A stretch of 64,000 nucleotides of DNA, taken from Myxococcota bacterium. Its GTDB lineage: Bacteria > Myxococcota_A > UBA9160 > UBA4427. The DNA is taken from positions 73,285-137,284 of the forward strand of contig JBDNFB010000227.1 of assembly GCA_041690055.1 (NCBI GenBank). The letters are read 5' to 3'. Below the pieces are notes generated by a model, which was given only the letters and a program-made list of their open reading frames with translations, made no database searches and was not told where the DNA came from. Positions within the stretch are counted from its first letter, which is position 1. Each line of letters opens with the position of its first letter. Positions 1 through 8,851 of this stretch are shown here, piece after piece. Made by a program: the position numbers and the translations under genes.

Positions 1-859
1 TCTCGTCCCAGACTGCGGCTTTGCCGGGCATTGTCTCTGCGAGCCGCTGCGGCTCGGGCTGGCCGACGTCCATTCCAAAGGCTTCCGCCAATCGGCCCCA
101 GACGTTTTCCCATACGAAGACGTCACCATTCGATATATTGAACACTTCGTCCTGCGCCGTGTCGGCGTCCATCGCCCAAGCAAGCGCCCGAGCAAACAGC
201 CGTGCATCCATCGCGTCCGTCGGACCCGTGCGTCCCCCCGGCCAACAAAGCGGTCGACCTTCGTGTTTCGCGATCGCGGCATACGTAGCAAGCGGCGCGA
301 TCGGATTCATCGGTGCACCAAAGGCATGGCCGTAAATCACCGGCGGTCGCCACACCGTGAAACGAAAGCCGTCGCGCTCGGCCCGCGCGCGAAGCAGATC
401 CTCTTGGAGCCAGTAGAAATTAGCGTGGTCATGCCGCGTTTCACGCTCGCGCCCCGGAACCCGCATCCGCTCCAGATGGGCGCCGTATGCTTTCGTCCCC
501 TGCAAGAGACTCACGTGCGCAAGGCTGCCCTGCTCTCGAAGCGCATCGAGCAGATGCTCCAGCATCCGGCGATTCGTCTCCATGATCTCCGGGTCGTACC
601 AACCTTCAAGCAGCCCCGGCTTTTCTTGCAGCGCGGCATAGACCATATGCGTGATCGGCGGCAACGCCGCCACTGCCGAGCGACACGCCTCCCGGTCGAG
701 GAGGTCGAGCGGTACATGAGTACCCGTCGTGACATCCGGAGCCCGGCGGGAGGCACCGAACACACGTGCGCCGGGTTGACCTCCGAAGTATTCGAAGGCA
801 GCTCGGCCGACGATGCCACTTGCACCCACGACTAGCGTGGTTCGTTCGTGCTCGCTCAT
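1..859 (-). CDS. NAD-dependent epimerase/dehydratase (extended SDR) family protein; 3' end runs off the window
   Basis: Absent from ORF track because there is no stop in the window. Hand translation of the minus strand from ATG 859-857 gives MSEHERTTLVVGASGIVGRAAFEYFGGQPGARVFGASRR... (Rossmann GxxGxxG) and stays open to position 1. ATGA overlap with the stop of the upstream gene (856-858). Confidence 0.7.
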   Translation of the reverse strand, partial: MSEHERTTLVVGASGIVGRAAFEYFGGQPGARVFGASRRAPDVTTGTHVPLDLLDREACRSAVAALPPITHMVYAALQEKPGLLEGWYDPEIMETNRRMLEHLLDALREQGSLAHVSLLQGTKAYGAHLERMRVPGRERETRHDHANFYWLQEDLLRARAERDGFRFTVWRPPVIYGHAFGAPMNPIAPLATYAAIAKHEGRPLCWPGGRTGPTDAMDARLFARALAWAMDADTAQDEVFNISNGDVFVWENVWGRLAEAFGMDVGQPEPQRLAETMPGKAAVWDE

Positions 860-2262
860 TTCAGGGTAGGCGCGCCGAACCGCTCTTCAAAATCGTCGAG
901 CGGGATGCTGAATTCTTCGGTCGCCAGGAACTCTGCGTCCGTCATCTTCGGCTGTTCATGCGCGCGGTACCACTCGGAGTAGGTTCCGAGCTCGCTCGAA
1001 AGCGTTTTGTAATGTGTGGAATACGTGCGCACTTCGATCTTCGGGGAATCCGTTGCGAGATCAAAATCGAGGAGCCGAAACCATCCGTCCCCAAGGCCGG
1101 CAGGCTGCCGAAAGAGCGGGTCCCGCGGCTGTCCCGCGTCGAGCCCCGCCTGCCCGCGATCCTGATAGTCCGCGAGCATCTGATAGACGGCGTGTCCGGC
1201 CTCATTATCGTCGACGCGCATCGCCTGTCCATGATGATGGCCGCAAAGCACGAGGAAGATCTGGTCGTTGGGCGAGATCAGCTTTTCGAAGAGCGCATCC
1301 GCGTCGTTATGCTCTTCGGGATCGACCCGCGCGAGATCGATGATCGGATTCGGACCGCGGACACCGCGCGGATTCAAGTAATCGTGAGTACTGATGATCG
1401 TGGGGAAGCCCTTGTACTTTTCCATGACGGATTCGACCCAGGCGATGACTTCATCTCCGGCCTGCATTTCGAGAGCGAAATGCAGGAAATGGTAACCGCC
1501 GGCAACGAAAATCTGTGCGCTGCTATTTCCGCCGCGATGGCTCGCGACGTACCAGGGCTTGCCCTTAAAGAAGGGACGGTCGTCGCCGAAGGCCGAGCGA
1601 AAATTACTCAGTCCGCCGACGTGAAGCATGCCGATGTCTTCAACGGTCCAGGTCAGCTCGCTTCGCGGCTTTTCCGTGTTAGGCAGAAAATTCGCATCGT
1701 TCCACATTGCGTCGTAATCGTGATTGCCCGGCGCAACGCCGAAGGGAAGCCCCGCCGCGGCGATTCGCTCGTAACCCTCAATGGCTTTGGGGATTTCCAC
1801 TTCCGCCGCTTTCGGCGTCGGATCGAAATGCCCTGCAAAGAGCGGATTCTCGACGCGTTTCGCGCCGCGGGCGGCATGCGCTTCATCCATCGCTTTCGAC
1901 TGGTGCTGCCAGACATCGCCAACCGAAGCGACGAAGGCGATATCGCCGCCGTTCGCGCGACTGCGCGCAGCAATCCATTCCATTTGCTGGATGAACATCT
2001 CGCTCGCATCAAAGACAAATCCCTCTGCCTTCTGATGCGTATAGTCCGTGTAGTTCTGCGTATCCGGAATCATTGCGATCTGAAAAGTCGCGGACGGATC
2101 ATGCCCCGCATGCAGAGCGTCGTGCATCGCGTGATGCGCACAGCCCGCTTGAAGGAGCATTGTCGCAAGCACGAGGAGTCCAGGAGCAAGCGCGATAGTC
2201 GGGCGGCGGGGCGCTGAGTTGCTGGTCGAGTCTGTCTGATTCACGCGCTGAGCAAGAAACAT
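856..2262 (-). CDS. calcineurin-like metallophosphoesterase, secreted or lipoprotein-like N-terminus
   Basis: 468-aa ORF with metallophosphoesterase motifs GDVWQH, GNHDYD and CGHHHG. Hydrophobic N-terminus ends in LLQAGC. Confidence 0.85.
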   Translation of the reverse strand: MFLAQRVNQTDSTSNSAPRRPTIALAPGLLVLATMLLQAGCAHHAMHDALHAGHDPSATFQIAMIPDTQNYTDYTHQKAEGFVFDASEMFIQQMEWIAARSRANGGDIAFVASVGDVWQHQSKAMDEAHAARGAKRVENPLFAGHFDPTPKAAEVEIPKAIEGYERIAAAGLPFGVAPGNHDYDAMWNDANFLPNTEKPRSELTWTVEDIGMLHVGGLSNFRSAFGDDRPFFKGKPWYVASHRGGNSSAQIFVAGGYHFLHFALEMQAGDEVIAWVESVMEKYKGFPTIISTHDYLNPRGVRGPNPIIDLARVDPEEHNDADALFEKLISPNDQIFLVLCGHHHGQAMRVDDNEAGHAVYQMLADYQDRGQAGLDAGQPRDPLFRQPAGLGDGWFRLLDFDLATDSPKIEVRTYSTHYKTLSSELGTYSEWYRAHEQPKMTDAEFLATEEFSIPLDDFEERFGAPTLK

Positions 2263-2295
2263 TTCGTTATTCCCTCGGAGAGTTCGCCCGCGAAG

Positions 2296-2582
2296 ATGCC
2301 CCAGTCCGCGAGGCCGCGCGAATTAGCGGTCCCGCTTCGCCCATTTCCGCGCCCAGGCATCAAGCCGCACCCTTTCGCCTCTGCGACGAACTCCACGACG
2401 ATTCGTCCATTGGCGACGCCACATGGGCTGCGCTGCGCGCGTTCTACGACGACGAACAGATCCTGGAATTGATCTACACCGCCGGCTTCTACCATACGGT
2501 CAGCTTTCTGGTGAATGGCCTTCGAATCCCGAACGAGCCCGGCGCGGCGACGTTCTCGGAATGGCAAAACGCAGGAGGCTGA
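2296..2582 (+). pseudogene. remnant of a carboxymuconolactone decarboxylase (CMD/AhpD-like) family gene
   Basis: Frame 3 from 2328 reads ...RLCDELHDDSSIGDATWAALRAFYDDEQILELIYTAGFYHTVSFLVNGLRIPNEPG*, typical of a CMD-family C-terminus, but has no start codon. A different frame from ATG 2296 reads MPQSARPRELAV.... Only about 85 codons of a normally ~180-aa domain remain. Confidence 0.45.
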
Positions 2583-2598
2583 CGCCGCGAACCAAAGA

Positions 2599-2646
2599 AA
2601 ACGGCCCCACTCGCATCTCGCGAACGGGGCCGTTTAGTTTCGTTTA
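2599..2646. terminator. bidirectional stem-loop between convergent genes
   Basis: AACGGCCCC (2600-2608) pairs with GGGGCCGTT (2626-2634), followed by TTAGTTTCGTTT. A-rich on the other side. Lies between the CMD remnant (+) and rplC (-). Confidence 0.5.
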
Positions 2647-2669
2647 GAGCTTCGGTCTCTCGCCAGGCG

Positions 2670-3317
2670 CTAGTCCTGGGACTTAACCGCCTTGCGGATC
2701 TTCACCATGCCGTTCTTATGGCCGGGCACGCCGCCGCGTACGAAAATCAGGTTCTGCTCTGCGTCGACGCGAATCACTTCGAGGTTCATCGTCGTCTGAC
2801 GCACATTGCCGCTCTGACCGGCCATCTTCATGCCCTTGATGACCTTGCCCGGATCGGCGCCGGCACCGATCGAGCCACCGTGTCGAAACGCTTCATGCGT
2901 ACCATGCGTTCGCTTCTTGATCGCGAAATTGTGTCGCTTGACCACACCGGAGAAGCCGGTGCCCTTGGTCGTACCGATGGCGTCGACCTTCTGGCCCGCT
3001 TCGAAGATATCGACCTTGATCTCAGCGCCGGATTCAAGCTGCGCCGCTTCTTCTTCCGTCAGACGGCTCTCGGAGAGGTACCTCTTCGGCGCGCTCCCTC
3101 CGTTCTTCTCGAAATGCGTCTTCTCGGCCTTGGAGAAGAGGCCTTCACGACGTTCTCCGAAAGCGAGCTGAACGGCGACGTAGCCGTCTTTATCGATCGT
3201 CTTCTTCTGGACGACGATGTTCGGACCCGCTTCGAGCACAGTGACAGGCACAGCTTCGCCTGTCTCGACAAAGATTTGGGTCATGCCGAGTTTCTTGCAC
3301 AGCAGTTCAATGGACAT
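2670..3317 (-). CDS. rplC: 50S ribosomal protein L3
   Basis: MSIELLCKKLGMTQIFVETGEAVPVTVLEAGPN...KGTGFSGVVKRHNF...MAGQSGN...VIRVDAEQNLIFVRGGVPG matches L3 end to end. Start moved to ATG 3317 (GAGGAG 8 nt upstream) instead of the track's 3359. Confidence 0.9.
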   Translation of the reverse strand: MSIELLCKKLGMTQIFVETGEAVPVTVLEAGPNIVVQKKTIDKDGYVAVQLAFGERREGLFSKAEKTHFEKNGGSAPKRYLSESRLTEEEAAQLESGAEIKVDIFEAGQKVDAIGTTKGTGFSGVVKRHNFAIKKRTHGTHEAFRHGGSIGAGADPGKVIKGMKMAGQSGNVRQTTMNLEVIRVDAEQNLIFVRGGVPGHKNGMVKIRKAVKSQD

Positions 3318-3691
3318 AATTTGGGATCTCCTCTTCCGGATTGGAGCCCATTCCGTCACTCGGGATGGGTTCGTCGCGGTCGATGCGTCTCGCCGCCGAT
3401 TCCAAGCCTCTTTAAAAGAGGACGGCGCGCGAGGGGCGATCTATTCTCTAGACGTCAGACGTCAATCTTTCGCATCAAGTCATTCTCATCTCTCACGACT
3501 CGTTTCTAACGAGATGGAATCCTCGGCTAGGCCGGGCATTCCGCGAGAGAGGCGCAGATTAGCATGAGGCAGAAGACGAGGCGACCCTCGGGAAAAACTG
3601 CACAATCATCGATTATTTTGTACACGTCTTCCCATATGAGGCGCTCAAGGCGACTTTCACCGCGTTCAGCAACCGATCCGAATCACTCGGT

Positions 3692-3720
3692 CCGACCGAC
3701 CCGACCGACCCGACCGACCG
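3692..3720. repeat. 9-bp tandem repeat (CCGACCGAC) x3.2
   Basis: ccgaccgac ccgaccgac ccgaccgac cg read directly, in the rplC/IDH divergent intergenic region. Confidence 0.9.
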
Positions 3721-3829
3721 AAACACAGCATGGCCCTAAACAAGAGCCTTCTCCGCTTTGCAGCGACTCGGGCTGCCCAAGCGATACTCCCGAATAAGCC
3801 GCCACCTAGTTAGAAAGAGAGCGAAGAAA

Positions 3830-4834
3830 ATGAGTTATCGCGCAACCCTGATCCCTGGAGATGGAATCGGTCCCGAAGTCGTCGAGGCGGCCGTGGAGGT
3901 CGTAGACGCCACGGGGGTGAAGGTCGATTGGGAGCGAGTCGAAGCCGGCGCCGACGTGTTCTTGAAACACGGCACGCCTATGCCCGACGAAGCCCTGAAC
4001 TCGATCCGAACGACGCGAGTCGCGCTCAAGGGTCCGATCGGAACGCCGATCGGCGGCGGCTTCAAGAGCGCCAACGTGATGATGCGCCAGGCCCTCGACC
4101 TCTATGCTTGTGTGCGGCCGATCCGAACGATCCCCGGCCTGCCCGGGCGCTACGAGAACGTGGATTTCGTGATCGTCCGCGAGAACACCGAAGGCCTCTA
4201 TTCCGGTCTTGAGCATCGCGTCGCCCCGGGCGTCGTCGAGAGCCTCAAGATCGTGACCGAAGCCGCCAGCCTGCGCATCGCGAGGTACGCCTTCGAACTC
4301 GCTCGTGAGCAAAATCGGCCCTCGGTCGCCGCGATCCACAAAGCCAATATCATGAAGCTCTCGGATGGACTCTTCCTGGAGTGTGCTCGTCGCGTCTCGC
4401 GCGACTTCCCCGATATCGAACTCCGCGAGTTGATCATCGATAACTGCGCCATGCAGCTCGTGACGCGGCCGGAACAGTTCGAGATTCTCCTTATGGACAA
4501 TCTCTATGGAGATATTCTCTCCGACCTCGGCGCAGGACTCGTTGGTGGCCTCGGCGTCGTCCCCGGCAGTAATATAGGCAAAGAGTGTGCGGTCTTCGAA
4601 GCCGTCCACGGCAGCGCGCCCGACATTGCGGGCAGAGGCCTCGCCAACCCCATTGCCGTAATCCGGTCCGCGGCACTCCTTATCGCGCATCTCGGTGAGA
4701 CCGACGCCGCAAAGCGAATCGAGAAGGCAGTCGAGACCGTCATGGCCGACCCGAAGAACCATACAGGCGACCTCGGGGGCAACGCCAAGACGCGGGGAAT
4801 CACCGACGCAATCCTGCGCGAGCTCGCGGGTTAG
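3830..4834 (+). CDS. isocitrate/isopropylmalate dehydrogenase family protein, most like NAD-dependent isocitrate dehydrogenase
   Basis: MSYRATLIPGDGIGPEV...LKGPIGTP...VRENTEGLYSG...NLYGDILSD... are family signatures. Start set at ATG 3830 rather than the track's 3758. Confidence 0.88.
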   Translation: MSYRATLIPGDGIGPEVVEAAVEVVDATGVKVDWERVEAGADVFLKHGTPMPDEALNSIRTTRVALKGPIGTPIGGGFKSANVMMRQALDLYACVRPIRTIPGLPGRYENVDFVIVRENTEGLYSGLEHRVAPGVVESLKIVTEAASLRIARYAFELAREQNRPSVAAIHKANIMKLSDGLFLECARRVSRDFPDIELRELIIDNCAMQLVTRPEQFEILLMDNLYGDILSDLGAGLVGGLGVVPGSNIGKECAVFEAVHGSAPDIAGRGLANPIAVIRSAALLIAHLGETDAAKRIEKAVETVMADPKNHTGDLGGNAKTRGITDAILRELAG

Positions 4835-4843
4835 GCGAGACCC

Positions 4844-6604
4844 TTGACTTCATCGAGAGCGCCAACTGCGTTGACGGCTCCGCCACACCCTACGGGCGAG
4901 CCCCGAGGCGGGCTACGGCCCGTGCTCGTGCTCGCCCTCGACGGCGCAACCTTCGACGTGATTCAGCCGATGATCGCGGAGGGCGAGCTGCCCCATCTCG
5001 CCGCGTGGATGCAGGAAGGCCAAAGCGCGCTGCTGCCCAGCACGACACCACCCGTCACGTTCCCCGCGTGGTCTTCTTTCATGACCGGCCTTGAACCCGC
5101 CGATCACGGAATCTTTGATTTCACGCAGAAGAAGCCGGGAGAGTACCGACTTCGATTCGTCAACTCGACCGATCGCAGCGCGCCGTCGCTCTTCAAGCGA
5201 GTCAGCGATGCGGGCGAATCCGTACTGGTGTTAGGCATGCCCGCGACCCATCCGCCGGAGCCCCTCGATGGACTCCTCGTCTGCGGCTTCGATGCACCGG
5301 TCTCAACGGGTACAGACGAACGCAGCGCGAGCGACCCCGCCCGCTATCGCCGGGTCGCAGCGATCGCCGGACCTTGGATGCGACCAGAGCTAAACGAGTC
5401 TTCACAAGCGAACGATTTCCATGAGCGCGCGGTCGAGACCCTGTTGTCACGGGTCGATCGCAAACGAGACTTCGCTCTCGAGGCGATCGCACAAGCGCGC
5501 GCGGAGCGCGGCGGAGCGATGCCCTCGCTGACCATAATTGTGTTTTCCGAGAGCGACACGGTTGGGCATCACTATTTCAGAGATCACGCGCAGGATTCGC
5601 CACGGCATAACACGAACGCTTCGCCAGCGAGGCGGGATGCAATTCGCTCAGTATACCGCCGTCTCGACGAAGCCTGCGCCGCGCTGCGTAAGGCCGCCGG
5701 CGATGAAATGTTATGCGTCGTCCTTTCCGATCACGGCATGGGCACAGCGTCGGACAAGGTCGTCCACCTCAACCGCTACCTCGCCGAACACGGCCTCCTT
5801 CGTCGACGCGCTGGCCTCGGCCGCTTCATCGACCGCGCCGCGCGCCAGCTCCGCGACCGCGCCCTTGCCTGGCTTCCCGCTGCCATCGCCCAGGCGGTTT
5901 TCCGACGCGCCCGCGCCGCCGCCGCCGAACTCGAGAGCCGCGCGCGTTTCGGGGGCTTCGACTGGCAGCACACCCTCGCCTTCAGCGAAGAAGCCAACAC
6001 GAACCCGGGCGTATGGATCAACCTCAAAGGCCGTGAGGCCGAAGGCTGCGTCGCGACCGAGGACTATGAGACCGTTCGCGACCGGGTGATCGATGCGCTG
6101 GTTGATTGGCGGTTGCCTTCGGGCGAGCCCGTCGTCGCGCGGGCACTGCGCCGCGAAGAAGTCCATCGCGGGCCCTTCGCCGAGCGCGCACCCGACATCG
6201 TGGTTGAACTCGCGCTGGACGAAGGCCACGGGCTCTCGCTCGTCCCCACGCCCTGGGCCGAGGGCGGAATGCAGGGTGAGGGCATTCCCGCGCTGCGTAT
6301 TCTCGATGCGGATGCCTATGGCGGAGGACGCGGACGCGGCATGAACGGCACCCATCGTTCGGACGGAATCTGGATCGCGACGGGCGCCGGAATCGAGGCA
6401 GAGTCGGCGCCCGCGAGGCTCTCGCGGGTTGCCCCTTGGCTCGCTCGCGCGATGGGCCTAGCCTGGAACGCCGAAGGCGACCAGGCCGCGGGGAGCGGGG
6501 ATGCGTCGAGTCGACCCGAATCCGGGCGCGAGAATCAGCCCTATAGCGAGGAAGAAGAAGCGATGGTGGCGGAGCGTTTGCGAGCGCTGGGATACCTCGA
6601 ATGA
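4844..6604 (+). CDS. alkaline-phosphatase-superfamily protein (type I phosphodiesterase/nucleotide pyrophosphatase-like)
   Basis: VLALDGATFDVIQPMI..LPHLAAWM..G....L.STTPPVTFPAWSSFMTG..P..HGIFDF, later SDHGM, and C-terminal ...ERLRALGYLE. TTG start is uncertain. Confidence 0.72.
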   Translation: MTSSRAPTALTAPPHPTGEPRGGLRPVLVLALDGATFDVIQPMIAEGELPHLAAWMQEGQSALLPSTTPPVTFPAWSSFMTGLEPADHGIFDFTQKKPGEYRLRFVNSTDRSAPSLFKRVSDAGESVLVLGMPATHPPEPLDGLLVCGFDAPVSTGTDERSASDPARYRRVAAIAGPWMRPELNESSQANDFHERAVETLLSRVDRKRDFALEAIAQARAERGGAMPSLTIIVFSESDTVGHHYFRDHAQDSPRHNTNASPARRDAIRSVYRRLDEACAALRKAAGDEMLCVVLSDHGMGTASDKVVHLNRYLAEHGLLRRRAGLGRFIDRAARQLRDRALAWLPAAIAQAVFRRARAAAAELESRARFGGFDWQHTLAFSEEANTNPGVWINLKGREAEGCVATEDYETVRDRVIDALVDWRLPSGEPVVARALRREEVHRGPFAERAPDIVVELALDEGHGLSLVPTPWAEGGMQGEGIPALRILDADAYGGGRGRGMNGTHRSDGIWIATGAGIEAESAPARLSRVAPWLARAMGLAWNAEGDQAAGSGDASSRPESGRENQPYSEEEEAMVAERLRALGYLE

Positions 6605-7320
6605 ATCGCCCCGCGCTCTCGCTGGTGTTTCCGGCTTTTAATGAGGCCGAGAACCTCCCCTCGCTCCTGAAGAGCGCGCTCGAAACCGGCGCAGCCCTGG
6701 AGCTCGACCTCTCCCTCCCCTTCGAGATCGTGATTGTCGATGACGGGTCCGAGGACCACAGCGCCGAGGTCCTGCGCGGCTGGTGCGCCGAGGATCCCCG
6801 AGTGCGCGCGGTGCATCATGCCGAGAATCAGGGCTATGGCGCCGCGCTCCGCACCGGCCTGCGCGAGGCCCGCGGCGAACTCGTCTTCTTCAGCGACGCG
6901 GACCTGCAATTCGACCTCGCTGAAATCCGCCGCCTCCTCGAACACGCCGACGATTACGATATCGTCGCCGGCTATCGAGCCCCCCGCCGCGACCCCTGGC
7001 TGCGCCGCGTCATCGCCTCAACGTGGGGTGGCCTGGTCCGGGTGCTCTTTGACCTGCCCGTCCGCGATATCGACTGCGCCTTCAAGATCTTCCGGCGCGA
7101 TGTTCTCGACGCCATCCCAATCGAGTCGATCGGCGCCTTCGTGAACACCGAGATTCTCGTCCGCGCTCGCGCCGCCGGCTTCCAGATTCATCAGGTCCCC
7201 GTGAGCCATCATCGCCGCAAATCCGGCCGACAGACCGGCGCTCATCCTCGCGTCATCGCCCGCGCCGTCTTCGAGTTGGCCCAGCTCTACAGCGAGCTCC
7301 GACTGCATTCGCAGCGCTAG
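6601..7320 (+). CDS. family 2 glycosyltransferase (polyprenol-phosphate sugar transferase-like)
   Basis: LSLVFPAFNEAENL...IVIVDDGSEDHS...NQGYGAALRTG...SDADLQFD. ATGA overlap with the upstream gene. Confidence 0.85.
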   Translation: MNRPALSLVFPAFNEAENLPSLLKSALETGAALELDLSLPFEIVIVDDGSEDHSAEVLRGWCAEDPRVRAVHHAENQGYGAALRTGLREARGELVFFSDADLQFDLAEIRRLLEHADDYDIVAGYRAPRRDPWLRRVIASTWGGLVRVLFDLPVRDIDCAFKIFRRDVLDAIPIESIGAFVNTEILVRARAAGFQIHQVPVSHHRRKSGRQTGAHPRVIARAVFELAQLYSELRLHSQR

Positions 7321-7333
7321 CGAGAGGGCAAAC

Positions 7334-8674
7334 ATGCGGCTGCTTCTCGTTGGCGCTTTTCCCTACCCACACGCCCAGGGCTCTCAGGTCTATTTCCAGG
7401 AGCAGGCGATCGCCTTGCGGGAAGCGGGCGCCGAGGTCGAGCTGCTGACTTATGCCAGCGGGCGCGACGAAGACAGCCCGCTGTCGGCCATTGCGCCCAG
7501 CCGTGCGCTGGATGGATTCCGAGTGCATCGTTCTGCGAGCTGGACTTCCCCCCGCTCCCTGCGCTCCGGACCCTCGTTCGCCAAACCATTGGGTGGTGCC
7601 GGGCTGGCACAAGCACTTCGCCATCTCCTCGCGTCATCCCAGAATGACGCGGCGGCTGACGCGCACCATGACACGCTAAATAACGCACCTGCCGGACCGC
7701 GTTATAATGCAATTCTGGCCCATAACGCAGAAGCCGCTCTGGTGGCTCTCGCGGCCACATCAGAACCGCATCCGCCGATCCTCTACTGCGTGCACACGCT
7801 GATGGGTCACGAGCTCTCGACTTACGCGAAGCACCTGCCACTAAAAGGCTTTTCCTCCTCTTCTTCCGCTGAAAAGAGGTCCTTGGGCGACCGCGTCATT
7901 GACCGCTCCGGTCGCGTCATAGATCGATTCATCGCCCGTCGCGTCGACGGTTGGATCGCTTTGACGCAGGCCTCGGCGCGCGTCATGCGTAAGAACGCGA
8001 AGGGGCCTGGAGCGCTGATTCCGCCGCCTATCCCGGACCCCGAAGTGGACTTCCAGACCCGCGACACAGCCGACGCAGCCGAGGTCTGCGCAAAGCACGG
8101 GCTTCCGCTGAACCAGTTCTTTCTCTACTCAGGCAATCTCGACTCCTACCAGGAGCTCGATGTCCTCACGGCGGCCGCCGCGCGGTTAGCGGAGAGCGAG
8201 GCGACGGCCGGCACCGCCATTATCGTCGCAAGCCACGACCCAGCGGCCCGCTCCTGGGCCGCGGATCGCCCCGGCATCGTCGCCTGCGTCGTGGAGTCGT
8301 CCCAGGAAATGCAGACTCTCCTTCACGCGGCGAGGGCGAGCCTTGTCCTGCGACAGGCGCTCGGCGGCTTTCCGATCAAGCTCGCCAATAGCCTGGCCGC
8401 CGGGACCCCGGCTCTCGCCTTTCACGGTCGGGAGTGGGGGTTGGTCGATGGCGAGAACAGCCTGGTTTGCGATACCCGCGACCCTGCGACTTCCATTGCG
8501 AACGCGATCGCAAACCTGTCGCAAAACGATGCCCTGGCTCTCAAGCTCTCGAGAGGCGCCCGGGCGCTTTACCTCCGCCAGCATCGACCCGAGGTCGCCG
8601 CGGCTGAGACGCTGGCGCTGCTCGAGCGGGTCGGCAGTTTTAGGAAGCAGATCGGGTCTCTTCCCGGCGTGTAA
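7334..8674 (+). CDS. family 1/4 glycosyltransferase
   Basis: MRLLLVGAFPYPHAQGSQVY N-terminus and a GT-B-like C-terminal half (FLYSGNLDSYQELDVL...GFPIKLANSLAAGTPALAF). Starts 13 nt after the GT2 gene. Confidence 0.7.
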   Translation: MRLLLVGAFPYPHAQGSQVYFQEQAIALREAGAEVELLTYASGRDEDSPLSAIAPSRALDGFRVHRSASWTSPRSLRSGPSFAKPLGGAGLAQALRHLLASSQNDAAADAHHDTLNNAPAGPRYNAILAHNAEAALVALAATSEPHPPILYCVHTLMGHELSTYAKHLPLKGFSSSSSAEKRSLGDRVIDRSGRVIDRFIARRVDGWIALTQASARVMRKNAKGPGALIPPPIPDPEVDFQTRDTADAAEVCAKHGLPLNQFFLYSGNLDSYQELDVLTAAAARLAESEATAGTAIIVASHDPAARSWAADRPGIVACVVESSQEMQTLLHAARASLVLRQALGGFPIKLANSLAAGTPALAFHGREWGLVDGENSLVCDTRDPATSIANAIANLSQNDALALKLSRGARALYLRQHRPEVAAAETLALLERVGSFRKQIGSLPGV

Positions 8675-8851
8675 TTTGGCTGCGGGCCTCTACACTCTGG
8701 TCCGCCCGGCCCCCTTTTTGGGGACTCGGGCTTTCCGTGTTTCGGTGCCAGCCAACAAGGACGACTCGGCCAATTCATTCGCGGGTCCGAGACACACCAA
8801 ACACGGATCATAAACTGATCAAACACGGGCAAAGAGGCTGAAGAAGAAATC

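Noticed and set aside
2423-2647. 74-aa plus-strand ORF (MGCAARVLRRR...).
   Set aside because: Wrong frame. The adjacent frame carries the CMD-family C-terminal sequence, and this ORF runs through the terminator hairpin.
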